Positions 51,251 to 62,307 are shown, counted from the first letter of the stretch. The stretch: DNA of 64,000 bases from Reclinomonas americana ATCC 50394 (GCA_048213135.1 PS015010.1:1488001-1552000); one strand, 5' to 3'. A program made the numbers and translations. Notes: a model not told the origin generated them from the letters alone.

Positions 51251-53599
51251 TTATGCAACTTTTACGCCAACGCGTAACGCTTTCAATCCCGACACACCCT
51301 GCAGTTCTTCCAGTTCCAGTCTTTCCAGGTCGTTTTCCAGGATGTTCTCGCCCTGCAGGTAACGGATGTAAGAAATGTATTCATCCGCTTCCTTCTGGCT
51401 GAAGTAGACCAGCGCAATTTTGTTGGGCTGCGTAAGCCGCTCCTGTGTGTTGCGGATACGCACTTTATCGATACGCTTCTTAATGATGTGGTACCGGATA
51501 TTATAAGCGCCTTCCACATCAAAACGTTTTTCATCTTTCCTGAAACGGATATCGATGGGTTGTGAGTGGATAAAGATCAGTTGTGTAGTTTCTACCTTCT
51601 TGGGCAACTCCGCCAGCAACGAATGGGTATACCTGGAGATCGCCGCCATTGACGTCAATTGCAGCAGGCGCAGGTTCTTCAGGTAGATGTCGCTGTAAGG
51701 TATGGCCGGTGTTATGGACTGGCCGATATAGATATCATACTCCACCCCGTCGGTCCGGAATTTTTCGAAATAGGAAGGATACGCTTTCTGTATCTCGTCT
51801 TTCAGCATTTCGAAATAATTATTTACAGCAGAGATCACCGTGCTCATGGACTTTTCCAGCTGGTGGCGGTTTTCCTGGGCTTCTCCGCCTTTTTCATCGA
51901 TAGCGCTGAAGTAAGCTTTCGTGATCTCTCCCAGTTCGCGGCGGCTTTCCGATAATTGTATCAGGAAAGGTGTAATATCATTTTCCAGGTAATCATTCAG
52001 CCTGATCTCATCGGCAAAAGGCGATGTAGTTCGTATGATAGACAACCATTTCTCGGCCTGGAATATTTTTTCATCCAGTAATCCAAAGCCGGACTCCGCT
52101 TTCAGTTTTTTCAGCACATCGATCAGCACGGTGAACTGCACCTGCAGATCGGCCACCATGGCCTCATTGCGCTCTATCGTGGAGTTTCGTATATCAACTG
52201 CTCCATAAAGCGGGTACACATTATCGAATATGATTTCTTCCGTTTCATTCGTACCGGGATGCCCGTTCTTCTGCTGCAGGTAATTGAGCGCTACTTCATT
52301 GAATTTCCATTGAACAGAAGGCTGCAGGGCGGTAAACTTTTCTTTAATGACTTTATCAATTTCTTTATTGAAATCGTCGATCGTATTTTTTAACAGCTGC
52401 GCCAGCAGGGGCATGGAGGGGTCCAGTTTGAGCAACACATCTTTTGTGAGCACACCCGCTACGCGGCTGTATACTTCCAGTATACCTACAAGTGACTGAT
52501 TGAAAAAGACGGGTACCAGTCCGCAGGTAGCGATGCCCCTCTCCCGCAGCATTTTCAGGTAGGGTGAACCCTGGTCATCATCAGGCGACAGGGGAACATC
52601 CATTAAACGGGGTTCTTTGAAATAACCGTCCATCAGCCGCTCATACACGAGATCGACTTTACCTTCTTCCTGTGCGATTTTGACAAGAATACTATTATGA
52701 CAGGCATTATCCCTGAACACTACTTTATTGTTGACCAGCAGCACGGGCAGCAGACCAAATTCCAATTGGTGACTTCCGCCCAATATTTTCAGTGAGTTGT
52801 AAAAGCGGGAATAATCATTATCAGCTTCAAGTGAAGTATGATTCACCAGCATATTCTTGATCTGTTCCAGTGCGTACTCCGGGGTTACTTCTTCCACGCT
52901 GGTGATACCGATACCTTCAAAGCGGAAACTGCTGAGCGGCAGCTTCTCCTGGAGCATTTCCAGTACTTTTTCACTGTTATCGTATCCCGGTCTGAACATC
53001 ACCATTTCCAGTTCGGGTAAGGGACCGTTATGATGTATGCGGATAAAGCGGTTGTCATTCTTCTGCCTGAAGTAACGGTGCATGCCGGTCGTTCCATCTT
53101 CCAGCGTATGCACCATATCATGCCCGAAATTATAATGAATACCATAACAACGCTCAAGAATGAAGGCGTAGCTGTACATTAGTTTGTTCCGCTTCATCTC
53201 CGGTTGATCTTTAGGGATAACATCATTCGTAATACTGCGGGATATCATACCTGATATCAAATCAAACAAGGCATTGGTGCTGAAAAATATAACCGGACGG
53301 ATAGGCATGCAAAGCGACCACAACTGCGTGGATTCATCTTCGGCCAGCGAAGACAAGGTGGTATAAATGAGTTGCAGCTGGTCGGTATACTTTACCGCTT
53401 CGGTTAAAGCAATAGGCTGAAGCAATTCAGGATGCGCCTCAAACTGCTCTATCACGTAGTTAAAGAAATAAGATCTGTGGCAATCTGCCGCATCCCTTCT
53501 TTCACGGAGGTATTGGATGAATGGTTCGAATGATAACACCGAATCTGCAACGGGCCCCTGGAATTCGTAGGGCACCATATCCAGTATCTGTACTTTCAT
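51251..53599 (-). CDS. GAF domain-containing protein (Bacteroidota conserved)
   Basis: GAF-like segment (GLVPVFFNQSLVGILEVYS); C-terminal YPLYGAVDIRNS, FEKFRTDGVEY, FDVEGAYNIRY.IIKKRIDK. Confidence 0.8.
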   Translation of the reverse strand: MKVQILDMVPYEFQGPVADSVLSFEPFIQYLRERRDAADCHRSYFFNYVIEQFEAHPELLQPIALTEAVKYTDQLQLIYTTLSSLAEDESTQLWSLCMPIRPVIFFSTNALFDLISGMISRSITNDVIPKDQPEMKRNKLMYSYAFILERCYGIHYNFGHDMVHTLEDGTTGMHRYFRQKNDNRFIRIHHNGPLPELEMVMFRPGYDNSEKVLEMLQEKLPLSSFRFEGIGITSVEEVTPEYALEQIKNMLVNHTSLEADNDYSRFYNSLKILGGSHQLEFGLLPVLLVNNKVVFRDNACHNSILVKIAQEEGKVDLVYERLMDGYFKEPRLMDVPLSPDDDQGSPYLKMLRERGIATCGLVPVFFNQSLVGILEVYSRVAGVLTKDVLLKLDPSMPLLAQLLKNTIDDFNKEIDKVIKEKFTALQPSVQWKFNEVALNYLQQKNGHPGTNETEEIIFDNVYPLYGAVDIRNSTIERNEAMVADLQVQFTVLIDVLKKLKAESGFGLLDEKIFQAEKWLSIIRTTSPFADEIRLNDYLENDITPFLIQLSESRRELGEITKAYFSAIDEKGGEAQENRHQLEKSMSTVISAVNNYFEMLKDEIQKAYPSYFEKFRTDGVEYDIYIGQSITPAIPYSDIYLKNLRLLQLTSMAAISRYTHSLLAELPKKVETTQLIFIHSQPIDIRFRKDEKRFDVEGAYNIRYHIIKKRIDKVRIRNTQERLTQPNKIALVYFSQKEADEYISYIRYLQGENILENDLERLELEELQGVSGLKALRVGVKVA

Positions 53600-53603
53600 A
53601 AAA

Positions 53604-56600
53604 TTAAAATCGTAAACCCATGGTAAAATAAGGATACCATCCTTCGGAGGAATATCCCATTACAAAATTTAAAGAGATCAGCGAGGCAGGTGCAAAATAG
53701 ATACCAGCTCCTGTTCCGTTGTGCCATTTACCGGAATTGTCATGATTTGTCCAGACACGTCCGATATCCCAAAAACCATTAATGCCAATCTGTCCGGGCA
53801 GGATATAATTCGCCAGGTCGGCCAGTTTCACCCGCAGTTCGAGGTTATTGTAGAAACTGTGCTGCCCCGAAAAACGGTATTGCCGGTAGCCCAGCAGGTT
53901 TTCGTGCCCGCCGATGGTGGCCAGCTGATAAAAAGCGGGGTGGCCAATACTTACGGTACCGCCAAAACGTTCTGCCAGTATCACGTTGCGCCGGGCATCG
54001 AGGCTCCTGTACAAGGCTATTTCAGGTATTATCTGCGCATAGGATCGGGCGTATTGTCCCAGCCCCTGGTAAGCCTGCAGGCGTATGCTCACATAGCTTC
54101 CCCACTGCGGCAGTATGGCACTGCTGCGTTTATCGTTCAGGTAACGCAGTACAACACCCACATGCCATTTCTGTTCTGTAAACGTTGTGCTGTCATATGT
54201 TCCAATGAGACCGGGGTTCGATGTAATGAACCGGCCTGCATTTTCGTCTTTGTCAAATGAATAAAAAGATACCGCCGGCCCAATGCTGATGTTTCCTTTT
54301 TTAGCATTCCTCCAGCGCAGGGCAGTTTCCCATTCCACGTTATTGAAACGGGTGCGGTAATACCGTTTATGGTCGCCGGTTTTATTAAAAACGGTCTCAT
54401 TACCGAGGCCGAAGAAGTTGGCGGTATTATCGGGTCCTTTCGCCAGCAACGTGGTAGTCAGGTCCGCGTTACCCACCACCTTTATCCATTCGCCTCCATA
54501 ACGTATACGGTAGGCTCCTGTCGAAAAAGAATAACCCACATTCACCTGGTGGCGGGAGGCGTAGGGGAACCGGCGGAATCCTTCCTGGCGTGTATAACGG
54601 AAACCCGCGCCAAGTATAAGCCCGTCATCTATATTAATGCCAATGGCTACAAGCGGCTGTAGTATATGATAGAGGTTCACTTCACTGTAAGCCGTGTTCA
54701 TACTGTCGTTGGACAGGTGTTTGCTGAACAGCCGGTCGTTGCCGGAAAAATGTGAACCATTGATACGGTCATACAATTTCACTTTCTTCCGTGAAGCGAT
54801 CATATTATACGACTTCTGATCTTTACCCCCGATGATGCGAAGACAAATATTAGATGTGGTATTGTTCACCACCACGCTGTCGTTGCCATTACCTACATAC
54901 AGGCGCACTTCTTTGGTAAGCGCCGGGTCGTAGGTTTTGTTCATCAGTTCGTCTTTCAACTCCCCGTTCTTATTGATCTTTCTTATCACCAGGTTCAATC
55001 CACCGCCGGGCATGCCTGTTACCTGTACGAATTCGCTTTTATCACTGGTACGTACATCCACCCTTTTTTGAATGAACCGGTAATAGTAGCGCATGGCTTC
55101 AGGCAAACGGTCGCGGCGTGCTTTCATTTTTGCGAGCAGCACATCGTGACGCAGGTCATAAGCCGAACGGGGCAGGCGTTGTAAAGATGCTTCCAGTAAA
55201 GAATCGGTGAGTGCCGACTGGAACTGCAATGCCTGCTTCATCCATTCCTCTTCAGAGAACTGCATTTCAGGATAAGCGTTTACAAAACGGGTTTTGTACA
55301 GTAACCATTTTGTATGTGTAAAGCCGGCGCCGAAATTTCGCAGCGTGGGCAGGATATAATCCCTGGAGGCGATCTTTGGTAATAAGCCCTGTGTAAGGTG
55401 AAACACCTGGTCGCGGTCGCGGGGAACGGCAAGGTAATGTCTTTCTTTTCCTTTCTCATCATCGTACCAGCGCCACTGGTCTTCGTGGCGGTCCCAGTCG
55501 CCCAGGAACATATCGAGCATACGTGCCCGCAAAGTTTCTTTCGCGTGCAGCCGGTTGTCATTATCTTCCTGGACCTTCTTCTTCATTTTGGCTGAGTTGT
55601 CCGATTCACCCAGCGGTTCCCGTTCCTCAAGCAATACCACCAGGTTGGCAAACTTCTTACTGTACATACCCAGTTTAGGATCGGGCGATAAAACACCGAT
55701 CACCGGGTTGGCATGCGGTACTTTAACGGCCTCAGCAATAGGTGGTACTACCAGGGCGGAGAAAGGATGCTGGGCGCTGGTTACATCATCCAGCCAGTCG
55801 CGGGCAAAACTTTCTCGGAGCGTGGATGGCAGCAACGCATCGGGACTCTTTTCTACGCTTCGTATCACCCATTCTTTACCATTCTTGTCGGTCAGCCGCA
55901 GTGATTTCGACTGCATACCACCCCCTAACTCGGTTGGCGTAAGTCCGCCATGTATTTTCGATAGATGGATAACGGGCAAAGTGGTTGGCGCTGCCCACTC
56001 CTTACGGTAATTCTCACCGAATAACCAGCGGTGAAAACGGCCGGGTTTATTATACGATGGGTGTACCTGCACCGTCAGTGAGTCCGCTTCGATGGGTTTA
56101 TAAATGGGATTGGTACGGTCGCTTACTTTCGTGTATGCCTTAACGTAAGTAAAAGGCGTATCGATGACGCCGTTCCTGTAAACGTAATAAGTAAACCGCA
56201 GGCTGTTATCGGTCATCAGGTCGGCCACCACATAACCCTGCCTGGCTTCGCGAAACAGGGTGCCTTTACCTTTTGCGGCATTGGTTGATTTGGAACCGGC
56301 TCCGCTTACTACCTGGGTAAATTTTCCTTCAATGAACTGCAGACCATGTTCATGGCCCGCAGCATATACCAGGTTGGGAAAGCTGTCGAATACGGTGTTT
56401 ATCTTTTTGATCATATCCCGGTACAGCGGGTGCCCCAGGTCTTCGGGATTGGTAAATGTTTTACGCAGAACCGGGTACAGCGATCCAATTACCGGCAGCG
56501 GGATGTACAGGTTGGGATTGAGGTTGGTTAAAGGAAAAAGATGATCGTTGAATGTAAAATGTCCGCCATGTACGCCGTAACTCCGGAACGGGTGATGCGA

Positions 56601-57212
56601 GGCCAGTATAATGATCCTGTTGCGGTACTGGTAATACAGCTCTTCGAGTTTTGCCACTACGTCCGCTTTTGATTTACAGTCGCAGTCCGTTTCACTGTTA
56701 AATTTAGAGAAAGGGTACAGCCACCATTCACTATCGTAAGCGATGATGACCATTTTATCGTTTATGGGAATAGCTACCGGATCGGGGCAGCCATTGGCCG
56801 GAACCAGGCTGAGGCCGGGATCTCCCTGCCCGTTGATGAAATCACTTTGCGCCTGAATTTTCGCCAGCCCGGCGGGGCCCGATTTATCCCAGTCGTGGTT
56901 ACCCGGAACAAAATAGACTACCGCCCCCGCATTCCGCAGCGGTCCGTATTGTGACTGTAAAATGGCCCTGGCGCTGTCGATGGCCTTCTCTCCTTTCAAC
57001 GGCATGCCTTTAGGGTATATATTATCACCGAGATAGAGAACTGTTGTTTTACCATTTTTCACCTGCGCAACGGCATGTTGTAAAGCCACCTGCTGCCCCC
57101 GGTCTATTTCCCCGGCATCGCCGATGAGGATGATCCGCTGCCGGATACTATCCTGTGCTGAAACGGCTGTTACAACCAGCAATAAAAGAAGTAAAGTAGA
57201 GATTTGCTTCAT
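53604..57212 (-). CDS. metallophosphoesterase fused to Omp85/BamA-like beta-barrel
   Basis: GDAG, LGDNIY, PGNHD, SHHP, AGHEH; middle GDWDRHEDQW; C-terminal LLGYRQYRF and terminal Phe. Confidence 0.85.
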   Translation of the reverse strand: MKQISTLLLLLLVVTAVSAQDSIRQRIILIGDAGEIDRGQQVALQHAVAQVKNGKTTVLYLGDNIYPKGMPLKGEKAIDSARAILQSQYGPLRNAGAVVYFVPGNHDWDKSGPAGLAKIQAQSDFINGQGDPGLSLVPANGCPDPVAIPINDKMVIIAYDSEWWLYPFSKFNSETDCDCKSKADVVAKLEELYYQYRNRIIILASHHPFRSYGVHGGHFTFNDHLFPLTNLNPNLYIPLPVIGSLYPVLRKTFTNPEDLGHPLYRDMIKKINTVFDSFPNLVYAAGHEHGLQFIEGKFTQVVSGAGSKSTNAAKGKGTLFREARQGYVVADLMTDNSLRFTYYVYRNGVIDTPFTYVKAYTKVSDRTNPIYKPIEADSLTVQVHPSYNKPGRFHRWLFGENYRKEWAAPTTLPVIHLSKIHGGLTPTELGGGMQSKSLRLTDKNGKEWVIRSVEKSPDALLPSTLRESFARDWLDDVTSAQHPFSALVVPPIAEAVKVPHANPVIGVLSPDPKLGMYSKKFANLVVLLEEREPLGESDNSAKMKKKVQEDNDNRLHAKETLRARMLDMFLGDWDRHEDQWRWYDDEKGKERHYLAVPRDRDQVFHLTQGLLPKIASRDYILPTLRNFGAGFTHTKWLLYKTRFVNAYPEMQFSEEEWMKQALQFQSALTDSLLEASLQRLPRSAYDLRHDVLLAKMKARRDRLPEAMRYYYRFIQKRVDVRTSDKSEFVQVTGMPGGGLNLVIRKINKNGELKDELMNKTYDPALTKEVRLYVGNGNDSVVVNNTTSNICLRIIGGKDQKSYNMIASRKKVKLYDRINGSHFSGNDRLFSKHLSNDSMNTAYSEVNLYHILQPLVAIGINIDDGLILGAGFRYTRQEGFRRFPYASRHQVNVGYSFSTGAYRIRYGGEWIKVVGNADLTTTLLAKGPDNTANFFGLGNETVFNKTGDHKRYYRTRFNNVEWETALRWRNAKKGNISIGPAVSFYSFDKDENAGRFITSNPGLIGTYDSTTFTEQKWHVGVVLRYLNDKRSSAILPQWGSYVSIRLQAYQGLGQYARSYAQIIPEIALYRSLDARRNVILAERFGGTVSIGHPAFYQLATIGGHENLLGYRQYRFSGQHSFYNNLELRVKLADLANYILPGQIGINGFWDIGRVWTNHDNSGKWHNGTGAGIYFAPASLISLNFVMGYSSEGWYPYFTMGLRF

Positions 57213-57232
57213 GCGTATACGCGTTACTGTTA

Positions 57233-58120
57233 TTATTTCCGTTTCCTGAACCTGAGAATATTGCCATCTGAAATATCATCGCCTTCATTCGATATATAAA
57301 GGTTGCCCTGGTTGTCAAAAGCGATCCCTTCCGGCTGGTTGAATATGTTGCCGCTCAGCGGGCAGGTGGCTTTGATGGTCCAGTTGCTGTCGGCAGATAT
57401 CATCAGTTTGTTGACTGCCGAGATGATGACCCAGTTACCGGTGGCCGGGTTACGTGCCATAGCGGAGGGGCGGAATCCCCGTTTGACCTTACCGGTAAAC
57501 GCCTTGATCTGTTCCACATCAATACTGAAAGTACCTTTCACCGCTACGCTGTCGCCTGCGGAAATGATGTAACCTGATACTTTTTCTGAAGGATCATCTC
57601 CTTCACACTTTTTACATATCGCGTACAGGTCGCCACTGGCGGGATCGCCATACAGGCTTTCATATTCACCGACAGGCAATACCGCTTTCCATTCTTTTAC
57701 ACTGTCTATTTCCTCGTATACCGCATCAGCAAATGGGAAGCTGTACAATGAACCATTGCTTTTGAGCACATACACTTTTTCATTCAGGATGGCCAGGTCC
57801 TCGTAATCGCCTTTTTTGGCAAATTTCGCATGCTGTTGCTTGCTCCCCTTCCAGGGCAGGCGGAAGAGTTTACCCTCTTCATCCTGTATAGCATAAATGG
57901 TATCGGGAAGGCCCTTATAAAAACTGATTCCTGATATTTCAAGAAGGCTTCCCGGCATATTAAACTTTTCAGGATCCCCCATATCATACCCTTCAAAAAG
58001 CAATTCCTTTTTATTACTGTTAAAACAGCTCACCAGTATAAATGCCGGCAGGAGTAATAATAACATCCCTTTTATCAGCCTGCCGCTAACAGTAAAATAT
58101 GTAATCTCCTGTTTCAACAC
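57233..58120 (-). CDS. SdiA-regulated family (beta-propeller) lipoprotein
   Basis: LVSC lipobox; LLEISGI, IQDEEG, GDYEDL, FNQPEGIAFD..GNLYISNEG. Confidence 0.8.
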   Translation of the reverse strand: MLKQEITYFTVSGRLIKGMLLLLLPAFILVSCFNSNKKELLFEGYDMGDPEKFNMPGSLLEISGISFYKGLPDTIYAIQDEEGKLFRLPWKGSKQQHAKFAKKGDYEDLAILNEKVYVLKSNGSLYSFPFADAVYEEIDSVKEWKAVLPVGEYESLYGDPASGDLYAICKKCEGDDPSEKVSGYIISAGDSVAVKGTFSIDVEQIKAFTGKVKRGFRPSAMARNPATGNWVIISAVNKLMISADSNWTIKATCPLSGNIFNQPEGIAFDNQGNLYISNEGDDISDGNILRFRKRK

Positions 58121-58149
58121 ATTCGTAATTTGTAATTAGTAATTCGTAA

Positions 58150-60171
58150 TTAACTCTTCTCAGACAAATACCTGTAAATCGCTTCCTGCGACCTCACCGC
58201 CTCTCCTTCCTGCTGCACTGGTATGTTGTCGAGCTGATCGCTGATCCAGGTGGCCTGTACATTATCACGCCACTGCAGCTCGAGCAGGTGCATCAATTCC
58301 GACCTGATCTCCGCGTCATCAACCGGGAAGCAGACCTCAATCCTGCGGTAGATATTCCGGTTCATCCAGTCTGCCGAACCCAGGAACAATTCCGGTTCGC
58401 CCGCATTGTGGAACAGGAAGAGCCGCCCGTGTTCAAGATAACGATCGACGATCCGTTTTATGCTAATATTTTCGCTTTGTCCGGGCACACCGGGTACGAG
58501 CCGGCAAATACCCCTCACCAGCAATTGTATCTTCACCCCCGCAGCGGATGCGGCGTATAATTTATTGATAAGAACGGCTTCTTCCAGGTTGTTCAGTTTA
58601 ATAGTGATGGTTCCGCCCCTGCCGTTGGCGGCATGTTCCATTTCCCGGTCAATATAACTGATGAACCGCTGCTGCAGGTTGAACTGTGCCACCAGCAGGT
58701 GATCAAAGCCAAGCTGATCAGAAGTATCGGGCTTTTTCCGCCTGGCCAGGAACCCGAACAGCGATTCCATTTCCTCCAGCATGGGTTGGCGGGCCGTAAG
58801 TAAAATATGATCTGTATAAAAACGGGCGGTGCTTTCGTTGAAGTTGCCTGTAGCCAGCAATCCCAGCAAAGGTTTATCCGCTGTCTGCCTTTTTACCAGG
58901 GCGATCTTGGCATGCACTTTCAGCGCATTGTTACTGTACACGATGCGTACGCCCGCCGATTTCATTTTTTTGGCCCAGCGGATATTATTGGCCTCATCGA
59001 AGCGGGCCTTCAACTCCACCAGCACCGTCACTTTTTTACCATTGCGTGCCGCGCTGATGAGGGCGTGGGCTATCCGGGAATCACTGGCAACACGGTACAT
59101 CGTGGTATATACTTCCGTTACGTCTTCATGAATGGCGGCTTCATTGAAAAAACGGATCACCGTTTCATAGGACTGGTAAGGTGTATGAACGATGATGTCT
59201 TTTTGCATTACGTGATCAAACAAACTGCGGCCATATGCAGCAGGTGAAACCGGGGGCCAGGCCGGGTAATTGATATCGTTTCCTTCCAGCGGCAGTGATG
59301 CCAGGTCTTTCAGGTTGTGGTGCCGCCCTCCTTCCACCACCGATGCACTGTGCAGCCGGAAGGTATCAAGTATGCCCTGCAGGTGGCGCAAAGGAATACC
59401 CGGTTCATATAAAAAGCGGGTGGCAAAACCCAGGTCGCGTTTGGTCAGTTGTTTTTCGATCTTATCGGCCAGGTCCTCGCTGTAATCATCCTGCAATTCC
59501 AGTTCCGCGTCGCGGGTGATCTTAATATTCCAGGCACCGTTAACGGATGCCCCGGGAAACAAGCCCGGCAGATTTTGACGGATGACATCTTCCAGGAAAA
59601 TGAGGTATTGCATACCGCCGGATTCCATCTTCAGGAAACGCGGCAGGTTGTCGCAGGGGATATTGACCAGGCATAACTTTTCCCCTGTCTCTCCTTTATA
59701 CTGCAGGGCTACAGCCATGTACAACTGGTTATTCCCGGGGAAGAAATCGGTTTCGCCGGAAAGCCATGCCGGTTGCAGGAAGCCCGCCACACGACTGAAG
59801 AAATGGTCCTGCAGCCGGTCGGCCAATTCCGCAGGCACCGGATCGTTGTACAGCAGGTGATGGTTCTTTTCCCGCAAAGCCGGCACGATCTGCTGTGCCA
59901 GTATCTCTCCATAACGGCGTTGCTGGCGGTTGACGATTGCCGTTACCTGCTGGTAAGTATTGTCTCTTTGTTCGGAATAGATGATCCGGTTCAGCGCCAT
60001 AAGAGCGGGTATACGTACCCGGTAGAACTCGTCGAGATTGGAAGAATAGATAGATAAAAAACGGATTCGTTCCATCAGTGGCACATGCAGGGCCGCGGCC
60101 TCTTCGAGCACCCGCCCGTTAAAAGCCAGCCAGCTGGCATCCCTGTCAAAAAAGTAAGGTTGATCGTTCAC
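58150..60171 (-). CDS. ppk1: polyphosphate kinase 1
   Basis: RDASWLAFNGRVL, SSNLDEFY.VR, VELKARFDEANN, KVHAK, RYLEHGR, SADWM.RN; GTG start 60171. Confidence 0.96.
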   Translation of the reverse strand: MNDQPYFFDRDASWLAFNGRVLEEAAALHVPLMERIRFLSIYSSNLDEFYRVRIPALMALNRIIYSEQRDNTYQQVTAIVNRQQRRYGEILAQQIVPALREKNHHLLYNDPVPAELADRLQDHFFSRVAGFLQPAWLSGETDFFPGNNQLYMAVALQYKGETGEKLCLVNIPCDNLPRFLKMESGGMQYLIFLEDVIRQNLPGLFPGASVNGAWNIKITRDAELELQDDYSEDLADKIEKQLTKRDLGFATRFLYEPGIPLRHLQGILDTFRLHSASVVEGGRHHNLKDLASLPLEGNDINYPAWPPVSPAAYGRSLFDHVMQKDIIVHTPYQSYETVIRFFNEAAIHEDVTEVYTTMYRVASDSRIAHALISAARNGKKVTVLVELKARFDEANNIRWAKKMKSAGVRIVYSNNALKVHAKIALVKRQTADKPLLGLLATGNFNESTARFYTDHILLTARQPMLEEMESLFGFLARRKKPDTSDQLGFDHLLVAQFNLQQRFISYIDREMEHAANGRGGTITIKLNNLEEAVLINKLYAASAAGVKIQLLVRGICRLVPGVPGQSENISIKRIVDRYLEHGRLFLFHNAGEPELFLGSADWMNRNIYRRIEVCFPVDDAEIRSELMHLLELQWRDNVQATWISDQLDNIPVQQEGEAVRSQEAIYRYLSEKS

Positions 60172-60178
60172 TTGATTG

Positions 60179-61411
60179 TTAGTTTCCGAATACAACAACG
60201 GCAAGGGTGAAAGCCAGTACCGATACAATGATGCCGAACATGAACACATTGTAGCCGGCCCTCAGCAGGCGGTACTTCCTGCCCAGCACAATACCCTGCG
60301 AGTATACGTCGCGGGTGAGGCTGCCATAAAGGAACTCCCGGTCATTCATCATCGTCCGCATGCCTTTGTCATAATCTTCAAAATTCATTTTATAAAAATT
60401 ACCGAAGAAGAGCAGGTTCACTTTTTTCCGGTCAATATCGTCCTGTGTAAATGTGCCGCCCGGTATGGCCGGTCTTGTTGCCAGTATGCAGAACACCATC
60501 GTTACCACACATATCGTCAGTAATAAGATAGTAGGAATAATAAGATGCGGGTTATCCTCCAGTTTGCGCAGCAGTACGCTTAATAATACCGATAAAATGA
60601 TCGACGTGGTGGTGATCATGATGTGGGCTTTGTTATCGGCCATATCGCTCAGCCGCTGGTGGTTGTTGGAACTGATGCGGAACATGGTCTCAATACCGCG
60701 GTCGGGCCTGTCGGATTTGACTTTTTTCGTTTCTTCAACAGGCTTAACAGGAATTTCGGGATCAGCCACTACAGCGGCGGGTGCAACTGTTTCGCTGGCA
60801 GCTTCATCCTGTGTTTCCTGCCACTTCAGTTTCATTTTGTCCAGGTGTTGCAGCTTGGTATGATCCAGTTGTGTTTTCGCGAAATCGGTGTGGTAGTGAT
60901 GGGACTGGAGCAGTTGTATCGTATTTTCCCGCCAGTGCTGTTTGTCGATCTTATGCCCTGCCCGGCCTTCCATTTCTTTCCGCATTTTTTTATTCTGCTC
61001 GGGAAATTGATCGGTACCGAGATGGTACAGGTCGGCATCGCATACGATCTGCTCCAGCAGTCCTTCGGGCGCCTGGGGCATCCGGGTAGCCATGATGCAG
61101 CGGCTTACCTGGGCAATGTCCTCCTCCCCGGCCCGGCGGCTGCGGAGAAAAGCGGAAGCCATTTCCACACCTGCCGCTTCATGGCCCTGCATGCCACTGA
61201 TGTAGTAGCCCGCATCGTGGAACCAGGCCGCGGTGGCGACAATGAAGAAGTCGCGGTCACTGAGCTGGTAGTGCCTGGCCAGCCGGCCTGCATTGGCCAC
61301 TACCGCCCGGGTATGATCAAGGTTGTGGTAAGGAAGAACATCGGTATCGTGGGTATGATAAAAACGGGTCACTTCCTGTTTGACCTCTTCCAGTAACTGG
61401 ACATAATTCAT
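60179..61411 (-). CDS. HD-domain phosphohydrolase fused to DUF5706 (Pycsar-effector-like TM domain)
   Basis: YHNLDHT, AWFHDAG, CDADL.HLG; C-terminal MADNKAHI, TM helices, NLLFFGNF, LGRKYRLL. Confidence 0.88.
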   Translation of the reverse strand: MNYVQLLEEVKQEVTRFYHTHDTDVLPYHNLDHTRAVVANAGRLARHYQLSDRDFFIVATAAWFHDAGYYISGMQGHEAAGVEMASAFLRSRRAGEEDIAQVSRCIMATRMPQAPEGLLEQIVCDADLYHLGTDQFPEQNKKMRKEMEGRAGHKIDKQHWRENTIQLLQSHHYHTDFAKTQLDHTKLQHLDKMKLKWQETQDEAASETVAPAAVVADPEIPVKPVEETKKVKSDRPDRGIETMFRISSNNHQRLSDMADNKAHIMITTTSIILSVLLSVLLRKLEDNPHLIIPTILLLTICVVTMVFCILATRPAIPGGTFTQDDIDRKKVNLLFFGNFYKMNFEDYDKGMRTMMNDREFLYGSLTRDVYSQGIVLGRKYRLLRAGYNVFMFGIIVSVLAFTLAVVVFGN

Positions 61412-61529
61412 AAAGGTGTATTAAGTGTTATTACAACACTCTAATTTAATTATGAATTACGAAAAATGAATTACGAAATACGGATTTTTACAGGCCGCGG
61501 ATACCCCGAAGAGGTTACCGCTGGCTGAT

Positions 61530-61700
61530 CTAATCGGTTTCCCTTCTTCTTTCATGGTCGCCGTGCGCTTCCGTTACGCTGTCCTGCGCATCGGGGTTGA
61601 GCGACTTCCGGTCTTTATTATTGCGGATATTGACCAGGACAATTACAGCCACCACCACGAGGGCGACTATAGATACGATCACGACCTGTGTATTTTCCAT
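61530..61700 (-). CDS. small single-TM hypothetical protein
   Basis: MENTQVVIVSIVALVVVAVIVLVNIRNNKDRK.LNP. Confidence 0.65.
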   Translation of the reverse strand: MENTQVVIVSIVALVVVAVIVLVNIRNNKDRKSLNPDAQDSVTEAHGDHERRRETD

Positions 61701-61840
61701 AACGGCGGGTTGTAGGTTTAAAAGCAGGTTTACAAAGTATGGTACCAAAGCTAAGCGGAATAAACGAGGCCAGTGTTAAGCAATTATGAAATCACGATAC
61801 GAAAAGCGTTCGTCGTGCGATAACAGGTTGTAACCACCTA

Positions 61841-62200
61841 TTAAAAAGCCTTCGCAAGGTCAATACCCATTGATACTGCCGCGATTATAACAGCGATATC
61901 CATAAGGATACTGAAAACAAAAACCGGGATGGTGACACGGGCAGGCATAGCAGCCAGGTTGACCACCAGGTTAATGAAGATCGTAACTACTGTCAACGCC
62001 AGCAGGACAACAGATACGCCGCTTAACATCACAGCCACCAGGGCAAGTGGTGTAAAAAGACAGGCCTGCGTGGTGAGGCTGATGCCCGTCCACATGATCC
62101 TGTTCTTTTCCTGGGCATCGCACCATTTAAAAAAACCAGCGAATAGGTTTACAGAAGGTTTATAACCTGTATGTGCTGAAATAACTGTTGAGGTTGCCAT
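61841..62200 (-). CDS. small membrane hypothetical protein
   Basis: WCDAQEKNRIMW followed by about three hydrophobic helices. Confidence 0.75.
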   Translation of the reverse strand: MATSTVISAHTGYKPSVNLFAGFFKWCDAQEKNRIMWTGISLTTQACLFTPLALVAVMLSGVSVVLLALTVVTIFINLVVNLAAMPARVTIPVFVFSILMDIAVIIAAVSMGIDLAKAF

Positions 62201-62307
62201 ATTGTTTGTTTTTAATACAGCAAAATTCGGCAGTCCGGCAGGTATTCGGAATGACCGGCAGCAGTCCGGACAATGATCCTGATCAGGCATCAGTCTTACC
62301 AGCGGCA

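Noticed and set aside
60179-61411. Pycsar defence system
   Set aside because: DUF5706 is fused to an HD domain in a host-like operon and no recognisable PycC cyclase gene is adjacent.
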